Assembly (NCBI GenBank): GCA_025786725.1
Contig: JAHLTZ010000005.1
Coordinates: 434,001-498,000, forward strand
Length of the DNA stretch: 64,000 nucleotides
From: Syncephalis fuscata S228
Lineage: Eukaryota > Fungi > Zoopagomycota
Direction: 5' to 3'
Shown here in pieces: positions 26,204-39,509 of this stretch. The first letter of the stretch is position 1; each line of letters opens with the position of its first letter. A program made the translations under genes and the position numbers. The notes beneath the pieces were generated by a model. That model worked only from the letters and a program-made list of their open reading frames with translations, was not told the origin of the DNA and made no database searches.

Positions 26204-26605
26204 GGCCAAAAAGCTGCGTGTTAGCTTCAATATTTTACTTTTAATAGTAAACGATAAGTCTTAGTGGGAAATAAAAAACGATTGATAATGTCGTTGGTAA
26301 GTTGAACAGCGTTAAATAAATAACAGTTGCAGTCAAAACAAAAAAAATATCTAAGTGATCGATAATAAGCAATTAAAGCACATTAAATGCAAACAATTTA
26401 TATTGACAACTCATTATTTCTGTTACCGAGGCAAGGATAATATTGCCTCCGTGTTCATCCGACAATCGGCTGAAGAAAACGACTTGTGCTAAAACAATGC
26501 AGCAACAGCCGGCACGCCAACCATAGGTATCCCGATAAGATGCGATTTTTTTTCGTGTGCCAACTTTTTATCGTCCGTAACTGCACTAAATGTTTGCGTA
26601 AGGCC

Positions 26606-27435
26606 AGTATTACGGTAGTTCATGCCTCCGAGATAACCTTGCATGATGATTACACTTCACGTGGTGGAATATGTTGTTTCAGAGCAATAAAAAAAACCAT
26701 CATAGAACCGCAATATAATCATTTTATATACTTTATTTATAGTAATAAAAGTAGCTGTTTATTTATCTTACCACAACCGACTATAACGGTATCTATCTAC
26801 TAGAGCAATCTAGAACAAACCATTTGTACAGTGCATGCAGAATACTGCCATCGTTCATTAGTCATCGTGTGGATTATTAATAGAAACATTAGCCATATAA
26901 TTAAACTACGCTTTTTCTGTCAATATGCTATGTACTACACGGATCTTTACATGCCGTTATCAAGATACTCAATGGCACATTGTAATTTAGACCGTCATAG
27001 CACGTTATATGACGAAAATGCTTTTAAGAATTGCCAACACTTTGTTGTACCACACTGTCATGCTATCTAGCCTTTGGATAGACGTAGCATCATATCCGCT
27101 AATTATTATCATTTTCTATCATTGTGCACAATGCTATCTCATACTCTATCTTGCGCTACCCCCGAATGCAGGGCGAGGAAGAAGCGTCCTTGGTCTATTC
27201 ATCCTAAATATAAAGTGTGCGCATACATGGCATAGGAAGAATAAAAACGTAAGTCCAGACCAGTTACTGGCACATAAAAATAAAATCAATAGGCATAAAA
27301 AGAAAAGATGCAGGTTGTCCACGGTAGTTGGGAATGTATACGCAGTAAAGTAACCAAGCGGAAATGAACGATCCAAACCATTCCTATCTTCAAGAAAGTC
27401 AATATGGTATACAGATGCAGTGTGCAGTGCCAAAT
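26606..27435 (+). repeat. Inner inverted repeat, left arm (~830 bp)
   Basis: Reverse complement of 34842..35668. The ORF track shows mirrored ORFs (26831+/35204-, 27009+/34924-). About 4 substitutions and one 3-nt indel by eye. Confidence 0.97.
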
Positions 27436-28182
27436 CTCGTACATTTACTAATAAAATGTGCTAGATAATGAGTAATTTTGGTGTTATTTAACACCATTAT
27501 TTTAATACATTTATCATTTACTATTAAAACTTTTATTATTGTTCAAAGACCAAAAATGCTGCAAGTGTATAAATGACAAGTCAGGAGCAAGATTGTTTTA
27601 TTATAACTTGCATGCCAAATGTGTGGCTTGTATAGTTGTAGAGCAGAGTATGTATACGATAAACTGCTCTACAGCTAATGTTTGATTTTAATAGATAAAA
27701 GAAAAGTGAGAAAATGAAGAAATGTTTTGTTAAAAAGATAGTGAAAAGAAGTAATTAAATAGTTATATTGCTACTTGAAACGTGATAATATAGCAGTCAT
27801 AGATCGAAGATGGTAAATGATTGTTTTATGACGATTATTAATAAAGCAAACTGTATAATGTTTTGCATGAGTGTGCGTATAACATATAGCTAGCTATTGG
27901 CAAGTATACCATAAGCGCATTGATTAATGATGTAATAATTGTAATAATACGCTAATAATGCGTAAAATTACATTTCTACAATGATCGTAATGTTATTATT
28001 CCATTATTATGATTACTTTGTTATAATAGCATGTTTAAAAAATACACCATATAGTTGAAAAGCTATCATATACTACAATATCCTTGTATTAATATTTATT
28101 CTATTGTTGTAGTATGCCATTTAATTATTTATTTTTGTAGTTACAATAAGTATGCGTCGTTTATCAATGTAGGCAATAGCAA

Positions 28183-29825
28183 TTAAAAGGATAAATCTAT
28201 TACTTTATAGTCTTCATCGTCTACCATTAGCATCGCGTTTCTTGTGCTAAATAAATCATTTAATAATAAACTATCTTTAATCATATAGTCAAATCTTGTA
28301 ATAACGTATGGATGCTCAAATGCTTTTTTGTACAAATACTTTGAATTTGTTTTGTCCAAATTTCTAGTACGATTTGGATTAATTAAATCTACCACTATAG
28401 AGTGTTGTTGGATTTAGAGCTATAAATAACAAAACCTGCAATATATAATGAAAAAAGCTTATTATAACTATCTACATCTAGTAGATACCTTGCTTTAAGG
28501 GCTGAATTTAAAGTTTTTACACTGGTGCGTGCCAGTATAGCGCCATCAACCAAGCTGTGAACCGCCCATCCTCTCTCAGATATAAAAATAATACGGTTAG
28601 AACCAAATAGCGGTATTGTACCATAAAGATAATCGTTGCGCGTCCAAACAGGGTTTACATTTTTTATGCAAGTGTCCGAGTATCCACATTCCGTTGAAAT
28701 CATAGCCAATCTTACTTCGTCTTCTCTACCTTCGCTCAACATTCCGATATTAAACGGAGAGTTATGCTCAATTAAAATTCGATTATCATCCAGCTTTTTA
28801 ACGAGAATTCTAAAATCGTCAAATGTCTTAAAGCGGATTTCTCCTTGCATTAGACAGCGCGGACCATATCCTAGATAACGATTTGAAAACTCCCATACAC
28901 TCCATTTGAGCGTGGTTATGGTATTTGCGTGATGCAGTGTTCTATTAAACACGATTGCTGCTTCTTCCGTAGCTCTCAATAGAAAGGCTTCTCCTTGATG
29001 ATTTGTAATAGTACCCATGCACCTTTGCCCGTTAGCAAGATCAAAAATTCGGGTGGTCATTATTATATTAGATTTATTTGTTTCTTCAGTTGCTATTTTT
29101 AACCGATTAACCATCATCCACGACCACGAATGCTTGCAATATCGCATAAACATGAGAATTTACGTGGCCGCATGGTTGAGACTCGATTTATTGGCCAGAT
29201 GGAAATGATGCATGTTTTTCCATGAACACTGTTTACACCAATTGGTTGTTTACTAATTGTTACCACAAATCTATCTGATATCAGCATTGTCGTACGCGAT
29301 AATTATATCTACATTATTTAAGATAATCTACGCAAACGCCAAATTGTTTAGTAAATATTTCGCCTACTGACTGACACTGCTCAGCTATAAAACATTTTGC
29401 AGGTCACTACCATGATAAGCAATTCTTTGCAATACAATATAACGAGTGTTAGCTGGTTCTTTTTCCACTAAATCCTTGACTGGATATGGTGTGTCTTTAA
29501 GCCAATTTGCATCAGTAGCACGCCGACAGCAAAATGCATAAAACCACTCAATATACTGGTTGTTCAACTGAGTAATGTTGATTGTTTTTTTGGTCTGTAA
29601 TGCCAGTAGCTTTGATGCAAGTACTTTCTTCACGTACCAGGCCAACCATTTCATTTCATTGCCATCAGCAATATTATAATACTGCTTATATCGTTGATGC
29701 CAGATATTATTTTGTTGACTAATACAGTACCGCAGCCATTTATTGCAGCATGAAAGTATAACAAGCGAATTGTTGTCGGCAAATGCAGCAACACGTCCAA
29801 TAACAAGTATAGGAATGTGAGCCAT
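28183..29825 (-). CDS. F-box-like protein, lineage-specific family, paralog 1 (frameshifts or intron unresolved)
   Basis: N-terminus IPILVIGRVAAFADNNSLVILSCCNKWLRYCI....IWHQRY, then EMKWLAWY and WFYAFCCRRATDANW; beta-rich C-terminal part lies in adjacent ORFs 28395-29153 and 28183-28395. Confidence 0.65.
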
Positions 29826-30384
29826 TGTGCATAAGTAAATAAGACAAGGAAATGATGGTAGCTAGATTGCTAAGGGCTATTCATGACAATAATACGTTAT
29901 TAACAATAGACAATTATGATGCGTGGTTATAATGGACATAAGTTAGACGCGTATTTTGAGTAGATATATATATTGTACAACCTTCAAAGGCCTTGAACTT
30001 TGGAATGATTCAATTATAAGTGGATTACCATGTTTATACTATATATTCTATCAAGCATAACATGCTGTTTTATAATATATTTTCACTTTTCAAGTAGGCA
30101 TTATTTATTCATCATATTGTTTATCGGTATAGTGTCCACTGATTACATACCACTAATAAAAGTTACCTGTTTACTATTAGCTGTATTTATTGTAAATATC
30201 AATTCATATCGCTGTCATATACATTAAAGCCTTATCACTAGTATTCATACTCTTTTGTTTACTCAATTATAGCATTATATGCTGTCTAGTGTTTTGCTTC
30301 TACATTTTTTACAAATCTGGCATTTCAAAATACTTTAATAGTTAAATTCACTATTTTACTCGAATATAAAGACTTGGCAACTAC

Positions 30385-30570
30385 GTCTAGTTCACTTTCT
30401 ATAATACTGGTATAGAATATTGATCATACTAACTGTAAGCGCTATATCTCATCGATAATCGGTCATACAACGTCATTCTTGGCATTTCAAAGTTAGATGT
30501 ATTTTTGGAGCATTGGCCTTTTGCCGCACTATTATTAAATGCATTAAAGACTACGTCATCCATGCTAATT
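30385..30570 (-). repeat. Diverged ~190-bp element upstream of F-box gene 1
   Basis: Reverse complement aligns at roughly 80% by eye to 36646..36830 (aattagcatggatga...ggcaaaaggccaatg...atatagcgcttaca...ttctataccag). Confidence 0.85.
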
Positions 30571-31107
30571 AAATACGTTTATTTAACATAGTATATTTTA
30601 TCCTTTATTTCTTTTTATTCATTATTGGATACTCAATTGCAATATTGTTTAGTTTATCGCTGTTATTATATGTATGGATTGACGACTATATATGGATATT
30701 ACCCCATTAATTTACTGGCAGTATTGGCATCACACGCCACATTATCAGCTGACCTTTTTTACTCCAATTGATAGTCTCGCCTTTTTTGTCGCTCTCACTC
30801 GCTTGCTCACTCACTCCCCTCTATATCCTTTGTACAAACCTTTACTGCCCCACTGTTTATTTTGCTTCTTTCTATTAGCATTCTTCAGTTTTCATCTTTC
30901 ATTTCTCGGAGTTATATTACCGGCGGCACTTGGCAGTGAGTTGCAGTGTGTTTATTTACAGTCTTGGCGAAGTCAACAGTCGACTCCGCCTACTTTTTCT
31001 TTCTTTTGCAGCATCTATCCTCCATTAGCCATACCAACTTACTAAATATCTCCTGTCTGTCTATTACGCATATTGAATCTTGTTACGTTAACGTTTACTA
31101 GTTAGTC

Positions 31108-32241
31108 ATGTTGCAGCTGCCTTCTTGCGGCTCTATAGCCTGCTTTTCCCGCTTCAATAAAAGGTCTACGTCCTTGCTACGCCATGGCTTGCTTGCACTT
31201 TTCAGCATTATACTGCTATCCATGCAGTGGGGAATAGCTATGGCTGCTGATCCATCGTCTACGACGCTACGACGACTATCATTCCTACTGTGCCTACAAC
31301 GTTTCCTACTGCGGCTCCAACTGTCAAACAGGGTAAGTAATACATGATGTGGCACAAACTGCGTATATTATCGTGTAGATCGTGCTATAGGCATATCTGT
31401 TTGTATGCCATCTAGTACAGTGTTTTACTTGTATGTACAATTAACCAAATATGGTGTTCTATAGTACAAGAAGCATTGACCCCGCAAACGATTGTGGGCG
31501 CCATTATTGCATTAGCTGCCGGTTTCGTACTGTGCTTCTTTGGATATCGATTCTTCCGTCCTACGCTCTTCTTGGCCGGTTTCGCTATTGCCGGTAAGTC
31601 ATTAGAAATAATCCATATTGGCACTAGCCATTAATGTAATGTTATGTAATATACTAACTTTATAATTAGCTTTTGTTGTCTATGTCGCCTGTCTTAACAT
31701 CGCGCCACTTAAGGGCGATGACATGGATAGCATCAACGCACCGTGTATATAGTTGTTATTATTGCGGCAGGATTTATTGTCGGTGTACTAGCCGTTTGTT
31801 TCTGGCGATTCGGTCTTTTGCTGATTGGTGCGCTAGGCGGTCTAGTCGGTGGCCTATTCATTCTCGCCTTCATGCCCAACGGTCTTATTCAGGAACCAAT
31901 ATGGAAGCTGTGTTTATTGTTGTACTCGTCATAATATGCTCTATACTTATATTTAAATTCGAGAGGCCTGTGGTAATAGTTGCAACAGCAGCTGGTGGCG
32001 GTTTCGCACTAGCATTGGGCATCGACTTTTTCGTACAGTCACAATTTGCCAGTACTATTGGCACTGTACTGGGAGGGCATCATCAGCCGTGCTTTCCTTT
32101 GACGCTAAAACGTATATCATGCTTGCACTGGTCGCTATTTTCGCTATTCTCGGTATGATTGTACAGTTCCGATTCTTCAAGGGCGTATTTGGTAATGGCA
32201 AACCTGCCACCGATACCTCTAACCGCCAGGATAATGCTTAA
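31108..32241 (+). CDS. DUF4203 / TM7S3-TMEM198 domain membrane protein, paralog 2
   Basis: Exons 31108-31332, 31465-31593 (LTPQTIVGAIIALAAGFVLCFFGYRFFRPTLFLAGF) and 31670-32241 (GALGG, FERPVVIVATAAGG..LGIDFF, G..VQFRF); several 1-nt indels. Confidence 0.85.
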
Positions 32242-33599
32242 TAGCAACCAATGTATTAGTTTGAACTTGATTTTATGTCGGCGATGCTAATGCTGCTACT
32301 GATATTACTATTATTATTATTATTACCACCTGTTCGTTTCTATGTACTGGATCCGCCTGCATCTATCCAACAACGGCATGCATCAGCTTTTAGTAATATT
32401 GTTGGATGCTCATTAATTGACGTATATCACATTATAGCACACTATCTTGCTTGTTCTCTTTTTTATTCCTATTAATAAGACCACTAGCTACATTTAACGC
32501 TTTATATTCATATTAAACAGCTTGATTTACTATTTCTATACATTAACGAATGGTTCGCTATAGTGCTTATTGAACATATCGTGTCAGCACATTTATTTAC
32601 ACCAAAACCAATTCACCGACTGCCAAGAATATCAATGTTGTCAAGTGTGATCTCGATGGTATCAATCGATAATTGTTCTATTTTTTACTAACAAAGGATT
32701 GGATACGAAATGGGGGATTGAATCACAAGTATGCCAGCTGACCATCAGCCATTAGGACTATTTACATTTGGAGTCACAGTATCAGTGACGACAGCGGTGC
32801 TACAATTGTTATTTAGTATTTACTTAAAGCAGTATCTCAGTTAACAAAATAAATATTGCCATTGTTGATGCCATTGTTTTATAAAACCTATTTTTCAATG
32901 TATATATATATGTTTTGTTTTTTACAATTTTTCATTTAAGTAAATATCTACTGAACAGGGACTACGTACAATCAAACGCGTGGTCACCCGACCTTTTCCA
33001 ACAACGACTTAGTGCCCTAAAAATTATCTTAACATGGAAGGCAATGTGCCACAGATGCTATCAATAGTACTCTCACTTGTGTGTGTTTAAGCTACCGTAA
33101 ACACCGCCACTATCACGACTGGCCTTGCTACGACTTAAAGAGCAGTGAGATTATCGGCTCGCCTGGTTCTCTGTCGCCCTGCTCGGTCATACTTTTCCTC
33201 TATCTCCATCCTCTTCACTTCTCGTATTTCCTATCAGTAGCTTACTGTTTCCTACCTGTGCCCGGTACTCATTCCTCTGTCCTCCGCTTTCTCAACTGTC
33301 AATAGTTGCGACACGATAGTCCGCTTATTTCTTGTCTGTAGCTTTTTTCAAAGTTTATCCAACCGTATTTGATATTGCAGGACGTAGAGCACACTGACCG
33401 ATCAATCGATTGATTAGTCGGCCGGCTACGTAGTAAATCCATCCTGCTATCTGGTGTTTTGTAGAGTTCTACAGCACCTTCGGTGCTTTGTTGGCTTGTT
33501 TATATTTGTGCTTCTGTCGAGCTACCACTATTTTCTTATTGTGATTTATTTTTACGTTTATCTAACATCATTTATTTCTAGCTTATTGCATTTGTTATC

Positions 33600-34814
33600 A
33601 TGTTGTCTTATGTCTATGCATGCATGCCGCAGAGCGGTACCTTTAGTTATAACTTGCCATCATCTATTGATGATACAAACGCAGACTCGGTGCCAACGAA
33701 GCGATGCAGGCCAATTAAAAATAGTCGGGCCACAGCCAGTACTCATTTCAGTTTAATGGCTAGACACACTCAATATTGGATCAGTCTAATGCTGGTGATA
33801 TTTCTATTACTGGATGCCATTGACGGCACATTTGCATTCGAGGTCCCGCATGTACCACAGAGTAAGTATAGCTTTGTTGTTTAATATATTGTAATGTTGT
33901 GTATTCTAAACACATAAAAATTAACGAATCAAATACACCATTACTCTGACGAGCTTTTATAAGGAGTTTATGCAAATAGCATTTGATTATATTTCATTAA
34001 TAATGCACACAACCACTCATATAATCTATTACTAATTAGTGTTTAATTTGCTACTATTAAATAGTCCCAAAAAGCCCAACACCACAATCGATTGCTGCGG
34101 CCATCATTTGTATGGGTATCGGTATATTTCTTTGCTTTTTTGGCTATAAATACTTCCGAGTAGCAACATTTTTTGGTGGCTTTGGACTTTTTGGTAAGTT
34201 CAATACAAGTTTAGTTTTGTTTATTGATCCTTTTTACTATAGCTTTCCTGGCCTATATTGGCTGCATCAACATCTCACCTATGACTGGCAAGGATGATGA
34301 TGATTTACGCAGCACTATCTATATCATTGTCATTGCTGCTATTGGTTTTATTGGAGGGTTACTTGCTGTAGTATTTTGGCGTGTTGGTATCACCGTTATT
34401 GGTGCATTGGCCGGTCTAGTTATTACGCTATTTGTGTTAGCACTAGCACCAAATGGTCTTATTCAAAATAATATCGGACGAGCACTTCTTATTGTTGGTA
34501 TGGTGCTTATTTGCTCTTTCTTAGTGAACCGTTTCCAGCGGCCGGCCATTATTGTATCTACAGCCACCGCGGGTGCCTTTTCAATTGGTCTTGGCCTTGA
34601 TCTGGTCATTGGTTCGCAGCTTGCCGTATCAGTTGCCGCGTTCTTGGCCGGAGGAGACCAAAAACCCGATGCCGTCTACAACGCTGACGCCAAAACCTAT
34701 GTGGTACTTGGACTTATTGCCATTGCTTCGATTGGTGGCATATTAGTTCAGTTCCGTTTCCACAAACCTGATTTTACCGACGATGCACCACCACAATGCC
34801 GTCGTGGCCCTTAA
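33600..34814 (+). CDS. DUF4203 / TM7S3-TMEM198 domain membrane protein, paralog 3 (tandem with paralog 2)
   Basis: Exons ~33600-33861, 34065-34193 (GIFLCFFGYKYFRVATFFGGF) and 34243-34814 (GALAG, FQRPAIIVSTATAGAF..GLDL, GILVQFRF); same intron positions as paralog 2. Confidence 0.88.
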
Positions 34815-34841
34815 TAATAATAATAATAATAATAATACAAT

Positions 34842-35668
34842 ATTTGGTACTGCACACTGCATCTGTATACCATATTGACTTTCTTGAAGATAGGAATGGT
34901 TTGGATCGTTCATTTCCGCTTGGTTACTTTACTGCGTATACATTCCCAACTACCGTGGACAACCTGCATCTTTTTTTATGCCTATTGATTTTATTTTTAT
35001 GTGCCAGTGACTGGTCTGGACTTACGTTTTTATTCTTCCTATGCCATGTATGCGCACACTTTATATTTAGGATGAATAGACCAAGGACGCTTCTTCCTCG
35101 CCCTGCATTCGGGGGTAGCGCAAGATAGAGTATGAGATAGCATTGTGCACAATGATAGAAAATGATAATAATTAGCGGATATGATGCTACGTCTATCCAA
35201 AGGCTAGATAGCATGACAGTGTGGTACAACAAAGTGTTGGCAATTCTTAAAAGCATTTTCGTCATATAACGTGCTATGACGGTCTAAATTACAATGTGCC
35301 ATTGAGTATCTTGATAACGGCATGTAAAGATCCGTGTAGTACATAGCATATTGACAGAAAAAGCGTAGTTTAATTATATGGCTAATGTTTCTATTAATAA
35401 TCCACACGATGACTAATGAACGATGGCAGTATTCTGCATGCACTGTACAAATGGTTTGTTCTAGATTGCTCTAGTAGATAGATACCGTTATAGTCGGTTG
35501 TGGTAAGATAAATAGACAGCTACTTTTATTACTATAAATAAAGTATATAAAATGATTATATTGCGGTTCTATGATGGTTTTTTTTATTGCTCTGAAACAA
35601 CGTATTCCACCACGTGAAGTGTAATCATCATGCAAGGTTATCTCGGAGGCATGAACTACCGTAATACT
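34842..35668 (-). repeat. Inner inverted repeat, right arm; begins just after the DUF4203 paralog 3 stop codon and a (TAA)n run
   Basis: Reverse complement of 26606..27435. Confidence 0.97.
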
Positions 35669-36645
35669 TGCTCAATATTATTTATGCTTGCAAAAATATA
35701 CCGATTTAATAAAACGCAGTAATACTTGCTTAAAAATTAAAGAAATAACACATGTTGAATTATAAGACGATAAAACATATAATTAGAAAGTACATAGCCA
35801 ACAGCTAGTCACAAATGCTGACGCCGATTACAGTACCAGTTTAAAAAATAGCGTAATAATAACAACTGTCGATACAATATCGTTTAGACACAACTATCTA
35901 CTTACCAGAAAAAAGTATTGATTATTGAGATTGCACAAATGGTAGAAAAGAACAAAAAAGATCATCAATGTTATATGCAATCAAAATCACTGTATACTTT
36001 GGCTTGCTATAGATTGTTGCAGATAGTACTGACGGCAGCTTTGCAATGGCGGTCCATAGTAAAAAAAAATATACAGCGGGTTTTTGTAGCATATACTTAA
36101 AATAACATAACAACAAGTCAGGAATACACTTATTATATTAATAATGGTGCTAACGATAATTATTAAAGTGAAAAAACATTATAAGCAAAAAGGTCAGATT
36201 ACAAAAGAGCAATGCAAGTACATAGTGTAAAGAGTGTTTGTACATAACTAGTAGTCAGTCAACTACTAACGCTATCTAGTTAGCATATATGGAGTGTACA
36301 AGTATATGCAATGTATATATGTTGTCAAGTGTAAAGAAAGAGAAAGAGAAATGTGATGACGTAGATTGTGAGATGTGAGCCTGTCAGTCAATATTTATAA
36401 ACAGCCGAGTTTAATTCATTAATAAATGGAGTGTAAATAATAAAAGTCAATTTACCCAACATGTCAGTACATCATAGAACAGATTAAAGAATAAAGTCAT
36501 TCGGCGTTAAAAATTATTTATTATTTAAAACATGTTCATTATTAAATATGAGCATTAAGAAATTAATTGAAATTAAATAAAAGCTATTTGTCACCAAAAA
36601 GAAGTCAAGTAAGGACTAAGTATAATATAGTAAAGAAAATTAGTC

Positions 36646-36830
36646 AATTAGCATGGATGATGCTGTCTTTAGTATATTTAATAATAGTGTGGCAAAAGGC
36701 CAATGTTTCAAATACATCTGACTTTAAAGTGTTGAGTGACGTTGCATAGGCTGATTACCGATGAAATATAGCGCTTACAATTAGTATTACGGACGTTCTA
36801 TACCAGCGTTATAAAAAGTGGACTAAAAGT
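36646..36830 (+). repeat. Diverged ~190-bp element upstream of F-box gene 2
   Basis: Homologous to 30385..30570 (opposite strand). Confidence 0.85.
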
Positions 36831-37184
36831 GACGTACTAACATTTCTTTGGTTATGAATCGGTTGTGACGCACAATACAGTAAAGATGATACATAATAAA
36901 CGATGCCGTTTTTAGAAAGTACGTTCTTATTGGAGCCTATCCAAAGCGTGATCTATAGCTCACCTTTTGTTTTGTTGAATTCACTGAAGTGTTCTATTCA
37001 GCTGTCTCGTTTACAGTTGGTCTTATTTTACATACTGTTTTGTAGACCCATATGGTTAAAGTGATAACGAGCCCAGTTTACAAGTATGTTTAGTAGCTGT
37101 TGAAGGAAATACAAGCCAGCGGAATACAACTATACTGGCAACAAGTACAGATGAGAAAACTTGCACCACACCATCGCTTAATGG

Positions 37185-39372
37185 TTGTATACGCTGGAAG
37201 CAGAACATGCCAATTATTCCGATAGATCACGTCTGCTGAGCCATGTTGATGTTGTTCTAATGCATCTGGTTCAATTTCTCGATGACCATACTTTGCTTTT
37301 ACTTACCAGTACCTCTCGATATTTATACGGGCTTATTACGACCCAGCGGTCCATTTGGGCGCATCGATACCAACGGGCCTTTTCACTTGGCTCACATTTT
37401 ACGCGATCAACAGCTGTACCAAGAAAAATCCGTAGTGTAGACGAACGGGAACTGTCCTGGCTTCGTTGGTGGTGGAGATGTGAGCAATTTCGATACTGGC
37501 AAGACCAAGAAACGGAACAAGCGCTGCTATCAACGCTGAATCATGAACCGCAGCAAATGCCAACACGCCATGCAAAACGAATGTCATTAAATTGGCATCG
37601 TGCTTATACAGCACGTCTTTTAGTCGAATTCAATCTTCGTAATGGTTTATTTGTTAGGCAGCAAGGCACCATTTCTATACCAACACTAGCATTATCACTC
37701 CCATTACAAAATAATAGCAATGATAATGCTAGCATTAAAGATAATAAGAATGAACAGTGTAAGGGTTGGATTATTCGGCCCATTGGCTTATGGGGAGCAA
37801 TTATTCGCCATCCACAGTGTCAGAAGTTTGCACTTATACGACATACGACGACCCCATCAAAGTCATCGAGGGAGAATTCAATGCACCGCGATGTGTGCCC
37901 GTCAATGCATGTCACACTCGTCGACTGGTGTGGATTGGATCCGGCACGAACATGGTGCAAGATTACCGAGTCTTATTTATTAGCGGCTGAGTCGTTCCAA
38001 GCACGCCAATTACAAGTCTGGCCTATTAGACCGCCTCGACTTATGGGCCTGTCTAGCGGTAATGCACGTATGGCCGATGTTCCAGGCGTTCCTTTTCTCG
38101 TCAATGTACCTGGCCAGATAGGAGATCGATTTGGTATTAGTATAAGCGGTGATTGGTGTTTAATTTATATACGACCGCGTGCTATGCAATTACCCATTTA
38201 TAATGCGCCAGAAACAGATCAACCACCGAATGATGAAGCTGAAAGGACAGGAGGAGGAGGAGGAGGAATGCTGAACCACCCGTAGCAGTAATACCTCAAC
38301 AGCGACTTATTTATGCTTATCATTTGTCAACACGGTGCTGGAGTTCAGGTTCATGTATTGGCCGAGAAGGACAAGCACATATGCAAATCATTCATAATCG
38401 ATGTGTATATGTTTATGTTTGCCATGTGGAAGGCTTGTCATCCTCGTTAGTAAATTTGAACAATTTAAACGGCACTGACGAAACGAATTCTAACTCTGAC
38501 ACGGCCACGCCAGCAACATCTAATAGACAAGTTATTCGATGGCGAGTTTGGGAACTGGGAATTTACACAGCAGCACCACGTTGTGTAGCACAGGGCCGTG
38601 TATTCCAGCATGGCCGTCCATCACGTTGGATACATGCTTGTCGTGTAGATGACTATCGTGTTATATTATATACGGGGCGTGATTTTGGTGTAGAAGATAT
38701 GCTTGTTATGCATACGATACAGGCATCGCCTAGCAAGGCAAATAACGTTTGTGATTTGGATTCAACGTTACCAGACGATAGTTATTTATTAAATGATGAT
38801 ACCAATGCTAGCACTGATGCGGCATTTTATGGCGTGCTACAATGATGGGCATTTTAACCGTTAGTCCCATGCTAAGCGTTGGTTATCTTTGTGTACATGA
38901 TCGTTCCAATTGTATTCATTTGTTGAGTTTAAATGATGGTGTATTTTTACGCTCATTGGCCTTTGATGGTCAACGACCAGCCGGCCAACTATTAGGACTT
39001 ACTTATTTGATGAATATGTCGAATTTACCATCGGAAAACGAATCTACTCCACGTAATAGAAATCGGCGTAGTACTCGTTCAAGAAGACGGCCTCGAGCCG
39101 ATAGTGTTAAACAGACGTTTGAGAAAGGTGCATCTCAAATATTGGATCTGCGTCGTGGCACACCTGTAAGTTCTATTGCCTCCATGCTTACCATGACAAA
39201 CGATGAAACGGGCGACGCAGATAGTCAGGCCAGTCGAGCACAGAATTGGGAGGTTTGCTGCAGTTACGCCCTTCGTATCAATAGCGTACGAACAACGAAA
39301 GAAACAAATACGACTGGGTCTGCTGCAAGTACAAATGTCGATCTAGAATGGATAGAATTTACTAACCTTTAG
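37185..39372 (+). CDS. F-box-like protein, same family, paralog 2 (start uncertain; split over three ORFs)
   Basis: VLMHLVQFLDDHTLLLLTSTSRYLY.LI....IWAHRY..ELSWLRWW..NWHRAYTARLLVEFNLRNG. Later motifs IRWRVWE..PRCVAQG, DDYRVIL and HLLSLNDG parallel LKWSVWE..PRCLMQG, DDNRIL and HSLVDG in paralog 1. Confidence 0.7.
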
Positions 39373-39509
39373 TATACAATTTTTGCTTATTTAACTCATA
39401 TATTTTTATATTATTATTATTATTTTAAATAAATATAATTGCGCATAATAATAATAATAGCTAATTTATACATAAAATTATTTACTTAACGTGTAAACTT
39501 GTTGTCATG

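Noticed and set aside
26486-27433. ORFs within the inner inverted repeat, mirrored at 34796-35443
   Set aside because: Overlapping short ORFs on both strands with non-ATG starts and no motifs; likely noncoding
26606-35668. Inner IR pair as TIRs of a giant cargo transposon
   Set aside because: No target-site duplication, no transposase or recombinase inside, and the right arm is simply the 3' flank of a host gene
35880-36130. Possible decayed membrane-protein pseudogene on the minus strand
   Set aside because: Hydrophobic fragments and a GTAAGT are present, but no family could be recognised
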